Shown one piece after another: positions 53,601 through 64,000 of a stretch of DNA of 64,000 bases (positions are counted from its first letter, which is position 1; each line of letters opens with the position of its first letter). The notes under the pieces are model-generated. The model did not search any database and was not told the origin of the DNA. It was given only the letters and a program-made list of their open reading frames with translations. Source of the DNA: Mizuhopecten yessoensis (lineage: Eukaryota); contig NW_018405529.1 of NCBI RefSeq assembly GCF_002113885.1, positions 415,446 to 479,445 on the forward strand, read 5' to 3'. The translations under genes were made by a program, and so were the position numbers.

Positions 53601-56600
53601 TCTTTACACATAAACATGTGTCAACAGGGGATATCTTTACACATAAACATGTGTCAACAGATGGGATATCTTTACACATAAACATGTGTCAATAGGGGAT
53701 ATCTTTACACATAAACATGTGTCAACAGATGGGATATCTTAATGCATAAACGTGTGTCAACAGGGGATATCTTTACACATAAACATGAGTCAACAGGGGA
53801 TATCTTTACACATAAACATGCGTCAACAGGGGATATCTTTACACATAAACATGAGTCAACAGGGGATATCTTTACACATAAACATGTGTCAATAGGGGAT
53901 ATCTTTACACATAAACATGTGTCAATAGGGGATATCTTTACACATAAACATGTGTCAACAGATGGGATATCTTTACACATAAACATGTGTCAACAGGGGA
54001 TATCTTTACACATAAACATGTGTCAACAGGGGATATCTTAACATATAAATAAGAGTCAACAATAAGGGGTACATACATGTACATAAACAGATATCAATAG
54101 AAAGGGGGAGCTGTTTCATTTAGATAAAGTGTGCTATACTTTTTTAATTCTATGTCAACTAGTTATATGTACCATTAATTCACTGTTAAACACTTTCAGA
54201 ATTAGCCAAATCAACACACAAAAACTGTAAGACATATAACAACATTACCCGCATTACTAAAAGTTATATTGTTTATGTGGCTGTTGACTTTAAAATGATG
54301 AGAGGTCACACAAAATTCTCCACATCCATTTTCATCACTGCCATGTCCAGTGATTACAGCAAATATCTCCACCTTAAAACACAACAAAACACAATATGTA
54401 GAAACTATATATATCTAGGATAAACTGACATAGATGTCACATTTATACTGCAATTACCTATTTTAAATTCCTGAGAATAGTTCAGAAAATGCACTTACTA
54501 GAAATTTAAATCTTCAAAAGATGAATTATGTCTTGGAAATGTTATTGTTCATTAATTCAAATCAACAATTATTTCATGTTAATAATGGATAATAGAGCAC
54601 TGACTCATAACTTGTAATTATTTGTTACACAGAAAGGCAACACTGTGTAAATAAGGAGCTATATTTATCCTGCAATAAGCCAAGGGGGCCAACACATAAA
54701 CTCTGACTCAAAGTAGGGGGTGGGCTTATTACAGGGCAATGAATAACCTCTGACTCAAAGTAGGGGGTGGGTTTATTACAGGGCAATGAATAAACTCTGA
54801 CTCAAAGTAGGGGGTGGGCTTGTTATAGGGCAATGAATCAACTCTGACTCAAAGTAGGGGGTGGGCTTATTACAGGGCAATGAATTAACTGACTCAAAGT
54901 AGGGGGTAGGCTTATTACAGGGCAATGAATTAACTCTGACTCAAAGTAGGGGGTGGGCTTATTACAGGGCAATAAATAAACTCTGACTCAAAGTAGGGGG
55001 TGGGCTTATTATGGGGAAATGAATAAACCATTTGTTTGCATTTCTTCTAAACTGCTATAGATATGGGTGGGCTTATTACCAGTCATGGGCTTATTGTTGC
55101 ATAAATTAGGTAACACAATAGCTAATCACTACAGGACCAACACTGTTAGGAAAAACTTACTTGTCATATTACACCTGTTCTCCAAGGAATCAGTAGTGTC
55201 TAACCTAGCTAAATGTTTGGTTTATACAGATTGCTGCATTATACAGTGATTGATAAGGACAGGTTATGATGTTATCGTGTGGAGTAGAAAAAGTTCTATA
55301 TAAAGACATGTAAGCATGTAACTGTATATGGATTAGTTAGTGTCTTATAAAGAGAGGATACTGTGTATTTTACCTTTTTAATATCATCTGGTACTGTAAA
55401 CATGTATGGCTTGAAATGCGAGTTGTAAGTTTTATCAAAGGTGGCTCCAGGTTCATACAGCACTGTGACCTTCTCAGGATACAGTTCACCTACAAATAAC
55501 AAATATATATATATGTACCTCTGAAACAATGTTAAAGAAATAAAAATTCCAATAATATTTAGGACTGTTTATATATGGCCTGATGAAGGAAAGTGAATCT
55601 CTTGCTAATTTACATGACATTTTTCACCATTCACTTCATTTGCACTGGCTCACTTCCATTCATCAAGCCATGCAAGTGACAAAATACTCATTTTCTTCCT
55701 GTAAAATCTGATCTTTCAGTAACTATATGATTCACAATAATCAATAGATTACTTGTAGATTACTAATGTTCCAGCCTTCTTATAATGTTGTGTATTTGTA
55801 ACTTGTGCATTCTTCCTGACAAACGTTCAGCCTTATGACCATATAAATATCTACAAAATTTCTACATAACCAATTTGGACATTCAAATGCTTCACTGTCA
55901 GTATATGTATTAAATCCCATTAAACATGTAAGGTATAAATTCCCTTAAGTTGTAAGTATAAAATCCTATTAAACATGTAAGGTGTAAATTCCATTAAGAT
56001 GTAAGTATTAAATCCCATTAAACATATAAGGTATACATTCCATTAAGATGTAAATATTAAATCCCATTAAACATGTAAGGTATAAATTCCCTTAAGTTGT
56101 AAGTATAAAATCCTATTAAACATGTAAGGTGTAAATTCCATTAAGATGTAAGTATTAAATCCCATTAAACATGTAAGTTGTAAATTTCATTAAGATGTAA
56201 GTATTAAATCCCATTAAACATGTAAAGTGTAAATTTCATTAAGATGTAAAACCTTTTACATCATACCTGATGCCCGAGGTTGAGAAAATCTTAAATTTAA
56301 TGATGGCTTCCAAGGCATTGCCCACGGCTCTGTCTTCATGTTAAACACACAAGTAGAGCTTGTGAGGAGGGGAAGAAGTGGGGACACATCTGTCATCCAA
56401 CGGCCAATCCTCCTGTGGAGCAAACAGTTGCAACATCCAGAGAGTGTCATTCCAAAAACCACAAAACAAAATCAGGAGTGTAGTTAATACAGTAATAGAT
56501 TACACTGTATATTCACACAAGTCACAAACAAAGAGTACATAGCTTCTTGTCTGAAAACCAAATTTGTTTTTTTCTTATCAACTGATTATGAGACATTTGA

Positions 56601-59600
56601 CCTACTAACTTTTAAAAGCTATATTAAGCATTAAGTATGGCATGATCGTACTAAGATAACGATGTTAATCAAAAACCAAATCATGACAATATGTCCCCCA
56701 ACCACCAACACAGAGAAAACATAGTTTTGATAGTGTTGTACCGTCTGAAGGCACTTATCCAGCGTCCCAGCTCCATACCGCAGAGCGGTGACCCTGGGTC
56801 ACAGCAAACATACAGGTTGATGGTGTGATCCCAGTGAGGACAGTCTGTATCCATGGTACCTGGACATGAGAGGGACATGTCCAACTCCATCTTGGAAAAC
56901 TTTTGCAAATCTGTACAGAAAAATATCTGGAATAAGGCAGGTGCTGCTCAATGTCAAAAATTCTTGTTTAATGACAAAAATATTCTGAAACCAAATAATT
57001 CATCGAAATTACCTTCATTATATTTAGTCACAAATTTGATTCATCTGAATATTTTCTGGAAAACAATAAGTCCAAAATAGTGAAACAATCCATCTACACT
57101 AATGAAACAATTAAACACAAAGGCCAAATTTTAACATTACAATAATTAATATACATCCAGGCAGAATCCAATGCAGAAAGTTTGTATTCATCATGAATCA
57201 TTTACCTGTTAAATCCGGCAATGTGATGTTAGCGACAACACCGTCTTTCCCTTGCATTACCCGCTCTGTGAAGATTTCGACTGAGGTAGCCGGTGTGTGT
57301 AATCTTTTGTCCAGCTTATCTCTGTACTCAAACCTACAACACACTTCTTTAGTCAAATATACAATCCATACTCTATTCAATCATACAATGCTCAAGTCAG
57401 TTAAAGTGTCCTCAAATGCAAGTGACTAAATGGTCAGATGGTTTTACTATTTTATGTATATTCCTCAATGAACATATCTTCATTTCCAAGGGGAAGAAAT
57501 CGTGTTTTAAAGTCATGTGTAAAATTGTGATTTTATGAGAAATTACTGTATACGCTCTGACTATGACGGTTCCCATGAGATAAGAGAACTGTAAGTATAA
57601 TTTCAAACTCCTAGTAGCAGGATGTATCACCATACAAATAGATATTCAGCTAAAATTAGATTAAATCAAGACCTGAAAGCAAACATAAATAGATGAGTCA
57701 TAATTTATAATACCGTAAAACCCCATGTAATTTGCGCACTATTTTTCAGAAATTTAATACCTAAAGTGGTGGGTGCGTAAAATACACAGGTATAGAAAAT
57801 TTCAAGTTTTTTTCAGGAAAAGATCAACGATTCTGAGAGATCGCCATCTTGGATTATTTCCCTTGGTACACGGAACTCTAAGACAAATGACGATCAACAA
57901 ATTTATTTATGTCCAACGTTAATAAAAGATACATAATGTGTTGTTATGTGAGTTTATGTGAAAAGTATTATTAAATAGGTAACCGTTAACAAAAAAAGTT
58001 TGGCCAAATTCCTATATGAAACAATTAAGGACAGGTAAGTTTCAAGTGGAAAGTTTTGCCAGAAGGATGTACTGTATATATTAGCCCGAGTGTCACATGT
58101 TTCCATCCTGTTACTATATACTTACCACTGAGCCTGCCACACCAGAAAGTCCATCGATGGATACAGGAACCAGCCCACTTCCGCCAGTGACCCTGCCTGG
58201 TTTATCGCCAGGAAAAAATTCTCAGATGGAGTATTTTGGAAACTGATGTTAAGCTTCTCAGTTCTATGGAAAAAGATACAAGCAATTTGTTACCTCAAAT
58301 ATATCTGAACAATGAAAATAAATGATGGTGACTAAAATTTACTTGAACCAATGACAGGTCAAAAAGAGCCAACAGTGTGCCTGACTGTACCCCCAATGTT
58401 CAATATTTTTAGTAACAGTGACGTTAACTTTGACTTTTAAAACTTTAAAACACTTATTACACATCTTCATATAACAGAGTATCACCACATCAAATTTCAA
58501 ACAGAATAGTCTTTTGGATTCTGAGAAAATCTCTGGAAACGACAGTGTGGACATACAGACAAGATGGACACCATGCCTACCTACTTTATATACTACGGTA
58601 TAGATATACTCCAATATTATCTGGTATAAGCATACAGTACTACAGTAGGGGATGTTACACACCTCTCCAGTATATATACTGGAGAGGTGTGTAACATCCC
58701 CTACTGTAGTACCGTATGCTTATACCAGACAATGGTGGAGTATAACAGTGTATATACTGGAGAGTCGTGTAACATCCCCTACTGTAGTACCGTGTGCTTA
58801 TACCAGACAATGGTGGAGTATAACAGTGTATATACTGGAGAGTCGTGTAACATCCCCTACTGTAGTACCGTGTGCTTATACCAGACAATGGTGGAGTATA
58901 ACAGTGTATATACGGGAGAGGTGTGTAACATCCCCTACTGTAGTACTGTATGCTTATACCAGATAATATTGGAGTATATCTATACCTACTTTATATACTA
59001 CGGTATAGATATACTCCAATATTATCTGGTATAAGCATACAGTACTACAGTAGGGGATGTTACACACCTCTCCAGTATATATAATGTTATACTCCACCAT
59101 TGTCTGGTATAAGCATAAGGTGCTACAGTAGGGGATGTTACACACCTACCCAGTATATACACTGTTATACTCCACCATTGTAGCTGGTATAGACAATGGG
59201 GTATTACACTGACCACCATTGCAGGACAACTCCTGTATACTTTCAGTTTTATTAGCAAACACAACAACGCCAATGGCCCCTGATCTCTGCATTGTTTGAA
59301 CCTAAAATAAAAGGGAAAATACAGTTAATTATCTCATCATTTTACATAATATTTTTCAAAAGGTGAGGAAATCGCAAATGATCAATATTCTTATATTTTT
59401 TCTTAGTTAAATAACAAGAGACAAACTATGACTGTACATATTTTTCAAGAGGATAGGGTTGGGATAATGTATATCACCTTCCCCCACCCCCTTCTAAATT
59501 TTGAAATTCTTCCTTAAATAATACTACTAAGGCACCCCATACACATGGTTGCTTAAAAAAAGAAAAAACACTGAATATATATTTACCTTTTGGAAAAAGG

Positions 59601-61454
59601 AACATTTTCCCGAAGCAACAAGAGCTATGGATCCATTGACAGCCTCCACACTGTTACAGCCAGTCTCAGCTCTAACCAATGACACTGTCTTGTTTCCAAA
59701 CACACTCTGTGGACTTGGCAACCAGTCATATCTGGCATCCAATCTCTTACTGACAACAGGAAATGGTGATGCTTTAACAGAAAGAGAAGCTTCTTTGAAT
59801 AAACATACATAATTAAATTGGCTCATTTACATGTAAGACTGCATGGACATTAATTCCACTGATGTTTTCATTATGCTTCTTCAAACAGGACTCAGAATTA
59901 CATTGTAGAACATTTTATTTTAATAAGATTGGAAATTCACAAATCTCAGGAATGTTCCTCCTGTTCATCCAATACATCATGTGTTCTTTTTAAATAAAAT
60001 AGTCATTGTAAAACATCATATTTATAAACAAAAAGCCAATCTGTCAGTCAAACACCTGTTTATACAGTGGTAGTTAGTTCACTTTAGTTATTACCGTCAG
60101 ATCGGACGACAACCTGGTCGTAGCCACAAAGATGGTCAACACAATGCCACTGGCTCAATGCGTCTGGGATCCAATTGCCAAGTTTGTCTAGTGGAACAAC
60201 AGAAAAATGGATCCTCTTCATCACAACTGAGACGTCTGTACTACTCCTGTAGAAACAAGCGATTGCAATGAAGGTACATATTATGAGTGTAAAGTACAAT
60301 TTTTTCACAAAAGTTGACCATAAAATTAAATCTCAAGAATTCTAATAACTGTTCATTCACTGTCATTCAGAGTGTAAGGATACATATTTGTATTTTGTGG
60401 AAGCAACATAACACAATGAAAAATAGACCACTTTCAGCAATTGTCTTATCATATACCTCTGTATACATGTATGTACATCTACACACTGAGGGGTAAAATT
60501 AGAGAAAAACTTTATAATAATGCTAAGCTAACAATATTTCCAAGTTCCAAATATCAAAATCATTGATCTGAGAAAATTAACTTTTCATTAAGTACATGGT
60601 ATAAGACAATTACAAAATTATTTAGTCACAAAATGAAAACCCATTGGATTACAGAGGCCTTTTTTCATAGTTTAAATATTTTTTTTATTTCCCCAGCATA
60701 TTTTTGGAGGGATATCAGGGTTGAAATGAGGGATTAAACCTAGACATATCTACATGAGTTGATCAAATCCATGTCTACAACATATATAGAAAAACAAATG
60801 GTCAGTAGCTGCCTCTACACATTTATAGACAACTTACATACTGGCCTCTCTTGTCATTGTTTGGAGGATACGGTCCCTCATCCACATGGCCCCATAAACA
60901 TCATGTATCCCAGCTGATTTGGGGATAAAAACAAAATGTATCGAGTTCAAAGCTGTGAAATTGACTATGGGCTTCAATCCTTCGTCCGATGTCCACATAC
61001 ATTCAAGAAAACCCGACTGTGGATCGAATACGTGAACAATCATTGAAGAATTTGCAAATGTTTGACTAGGATAAACAACCTTTCCATAGAGTCCCCAGAT
61101 GATAAAAGGCGACGCTGGGGTGCCTGGTTTATAATCAATGATTTCTCCGTCATTCAATGTTCTTGTCTTCGACCCTAAATGCTTAGAGTTGGCTTTATAA
61201 AAAGCTAAGTTTGCCTTTCCAACTGTTGCCGACCACGTACTTATCGGATGCGCTGTTGCCAGTGTTGGAGGAAATTTACCCACACATTTGCTTGATTTCG
61301 CCTGCTTCACTGACACTCCAAACGTATCAAATATTCTTACGTTCGTGTGTTTATGCTTCACATGCATGGTATATGCTTTCGGAATGATAGTAGAAACAAC
61401 AGCAATGTGCACAAACAGTATCGAAAACAGTAGCGGGATGTTTACGTCTACCAT
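50683..61454 (-). CDS. Secretory PNGase F-like peptide:N-glycanase with a PA domain, 11 exons, 736 aa
   Basis: Exons 61454-60838, 60246-60095, 59792-59587, 59301-59150, 58263-58126, 57333-57206, 56910-56742, 56412-56267, 55489-55374, 54372-54249 and 50945-50683 are all GT-AG with consistent phases and total 2211 nt. Features: signal peptide; PA motif GC...GSIALVASGKCSFFQKVQTMQRSGAIGVVV; PNGase F-type motifs CPHWDH, ELGRWIS, ITGHG...GCGEFC and GTWLYGRNGWCDG. Confidence 0.9.
50990..54065. repeat. ~33-bp minisatellite (~90 copies) filling intron 10 of the PNGase F-like gene
   Basis: acacataaacatgtgtcaacaggggatatctataa units with length variants and a ~185-bp higher-order triplication at ~52560-53130. 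Confidence 0.97.
54698..55028. repeat. 47-bp tandem repeat x7
   Basis: ctctgactcaaagtagggggtgggcttattacagggcaatgaataaa. Confidence 0.95.
55905..56250. repeat. 49-bp tandem repeat x7
   Basis: taaacatgtaaggt(a/g)taaattcc(c/a)ttaag(t/a)tgtaagtat(a/t)aaatcc(t/c)at units. Confidence 0.92.
58577..59190. repeat. 78-bp repeat cluster with internal inversion, derived from the exon 4/intron 4 junction
   Basis: The unit taccagacaatggtggagtataacagtgtatatactggagag...tgctta lies on + at 58723, 58801 and 58879, and on - at ~58610-58675 and ~59015-59190. A palindrome is centred on ccagtatatatactgg (~58675). Confidence 0.93.
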
Positions 61455-61903
61455 TTTGGATGGTCACATGATCATGTCTCCTCTAGATTTGTCACATGAT
61501 ATTTTACGGTGTAACCGAAATCGGAAACTTTCGGCACTTGCCGTTGAAAATAAAGCACCGAATTTTACCACATAAATAAAACCTGAGGTTCCATTGGTGA
61601 TACAATTTCATTTATATGCTACTGCTATATAATGCATTTTTACCACCATGTTTCACGATGAATGGGTGATTCCGATAACAATTTCAGGAGTCGGTAGAGT
61701 TATTTCCCTTGCACCGTTGACCGCACGCGATAATATCGACGATAAGAACCAAAGACCGAGTTTTTAGCACCCAATACATTTCTTGCTAACGAGCTATTCG
61801 ATTCAAAATATTTAGTTGATAATACGTTAGAATTACAATAACAATGATGAACAAAAAACTAAGAAAAATGAAACAATATGTGTATTATTAAAAGGACTCA
61901 AGA

Positions 61904-62056
61904 CCATGCACATGCACAGGAGCACCTATATTTATATGATCACTAGGGGTGTCTATTTTACCGAAAGTTGATTTAACCCCTAAAACATGTAAAAATTACG
62001 CTAGACACCTTAGTTTAGGTCCAAATATAGCCGTAACAAATTATCAGGTCCCTGTG
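61904..62056. mobile_element. MITE related to 24419-24670, with an 8-bp TSD (hAT-like)
   Basis: Shares the ...ccgaaagt...gtaacaaattatcaggtccctgtg arm, is flanked by ctcaagac on both sides, and has CA...TG ends. Confidence 0.7.
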
Positions 62057-62585
62057 CTCAAGACAGCACGACCAGCCTATATCAGTTAGGTTAACCGGTT
62101 GTGTACATTGCTTTTCCTTTCTTGCTAGTAACATCCCTGCACCAAACCTGCAGTATAATTACATGTCGCTGTTAATTTGATATTCAAGAGCTAGTTCCAT
62201 AGAACTACTCGGTAGTGAAGCGGACGTAAAACCTATCCATCAGCTAGTTCCAAACACCATAAGTTCCGTCTATATATAAATGTCGACTGCTGAAGACAAG
62301 CTTACAAAACTGGGTTTCCAGTGATGGAGGTGGATGAAGACTAGAAGAAAAGTTTTTTTAGATTGCCATATTAATTATTATTCATGTAGTGTGCATTTAT
62401 GTGTTGCTGTCCCTAACCCAGTTCTCGGTATGGTGACATAGTATTACCTTATAGTTCTAAAAAAAAAAAAAAAAAAGTACTTGTTTTTATTAAACCGATC
62501 TCTCTGACGCCTCTAAATAATGTTCAGTATATTGAACGTTTTAGAGTATCCTGTTAAAGTTGAACTTTGATTTGTCATAGATTTG

Positions 62586-63391
62586 CATGGCAGGTGTGGT
62601 CAATGATGTACCTTTTCATGGCAGGTGTGGTCAATGATGTACCTTTTCATGGCAGGTGTGGTCAATGATGTACCTTTTCATGGCAGGTGTGGTCAATGAT
62701 GTACCTTTTCATGGCAGGTGTGGTCAATGATGTACCTTTTCATGGCAGGTGTGGTCAATGATGTACCTTTTCATGGCAGGTGTGGTCAATGATGTACCTT
62801 TTCATGGCAGGTGTGGTCAATGATGTACCTTTTCATGGCAGGTGTGGTCAATGATGTACCTTTTCATGGCAGGTGTGGTCAATGATGTACCTTTTCATGG
62901 CAGGTGTGGTCAATGATGTACCTTTTCATGGCAGGTGTGGTCAATGATGTACCTTTTCATGGCAGGTGTGGTCAATGATGTACCTTTTCATGGCAGGTGT
63001 GGTCAATGATGTACCTTTTCATGGCAGGTGTGGTCAATGATGTACCTTTTCATGGCAGGTGTGGTCAATGATGTACCTTTTCATGGCAGGTGTGGTCAAT
63101 GATGTACCTTTTCATGGCAGGTGTGGTCAATGATGTACCTTTTCATGGCAGGTGTGGTCAATGATGTACCTTTTCATGGCAGGTGTGGTCAATGATGTAC
63201 CTTTTCATGGCAGGTGTGGTCAATGATGTACCTTTTCATGGCAGGTGTGGTCAATGATGTACCTTTTCATGGCAGGTGTGGTCAATGATGTACCTTTTCA
63301 TGGCAGGTGTGGTCAATGATGTACCTTTTCATGGCAGGTGTGGTCAATGATGTACCTTTTCATGGCAGGTGTGGTCAATGATGTACCTCTT
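62586..63391. repeat. Perfect 31-bp minisatellite x26
   Basis: catggcaggtgtggtcaatgatgtacctttt, contiguous copies. Confidence 0.97.
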
Positions 63392-64000
63392 CAAGGGTCT
63401 TTATGTAACTCTTTCCTTTGTTCATGTATTGCCCTAGTTTTATCGATTTGGCCTTTTCAGATTTTCGAATGTCTTTTAGTTACGCATTTATATCTTTTCA
63501 TAAGCAGGAAGGCTACCTTATATTGTCTTTTGAGTAAAGGTGTATCTCTGAGTGTCCAGACTATCCAGGTACTACCCTGCTAACACTCAAGAGCTCTTGA
63601 AAAAGGGAGGTTGCATTCCCCTTTGTGTGTTATCAACTCCTTGGATAGGGAAACCTTTATGTGTAAATTGTTCCTCTGAAAAATGAGAGGTTACCTTTTG
63701 ATATCATCTGTCATATATCTTAAAATAGTGGTACATGTATGTGTGGATAAAAATTAAATTCTGACTTTCTTGGAAAGGTATTCTCTGAAATTCACATTTG
63801 AGGCCTACAGTCAGTTACATCTAGCCTGGGAGGGTGCGTGTCCTATGTAAACATAATATCATTGTAAGCAAAACTTTATGTTGGATATTTTGGTTATGGA
63901 TACAGTTCTAGTAATCAAAGACAAGTAATTTCTCCGCCACGCCGGTCATCTAATTTCCAGTATTCATTACGAAAGACAATAACTGTTCATCCCACCCTAG

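Noticed and set aside
50683-61454. Bacterial contamination or very recent horizontal transfer of PNGase F
   Set aside because: Ten canonical spliceosomal introns, host-like base composition and host repeats inside the introns. Ancient transfer cannot be judged without a phylogeny.

Overview
AT-rich, repeat-dense eukaryotic DNA with spliceosomal introns and several assembly Ns or gaps. The repeat types and lectin style suggest a bivalve mollusc (inference). Five protein genes were reconstructed by hand, all on the minus strand: (1) a 4-exon PLAAT/HRASLS (LRAT-like, NlpC/P60) phospholipase/acyltransferase; (2) an intronless multi-cysteine-cluster Toll-like receptor with a divergent TIR; (3, 4) two tandem perlucin-like C-type lectin paralogues, one with an apparent 1-nt frameshift and one clearly pseudogenised; (5) an 11-exon, 736-aa protein with a signal peptide, a PA domain and a bacterial PNGase F-type catalytic region with the expected acidic residues intact. 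The PNGase F-like gene is the most interesting item. Its exon-4 splice junction has been amplified into an inverted 78-bp repeat cluster that could pair with the splice donor. The rest is decayed LINEs (one with a 2A-like motif), satellite-carrying Helentron/HINE (pearl-like) elements, MITEs, SINE-like pieces, a 1.39-kb near-identical duplication and many minisatellites. No CRISPR array, rRNA or intact tRNA was found.
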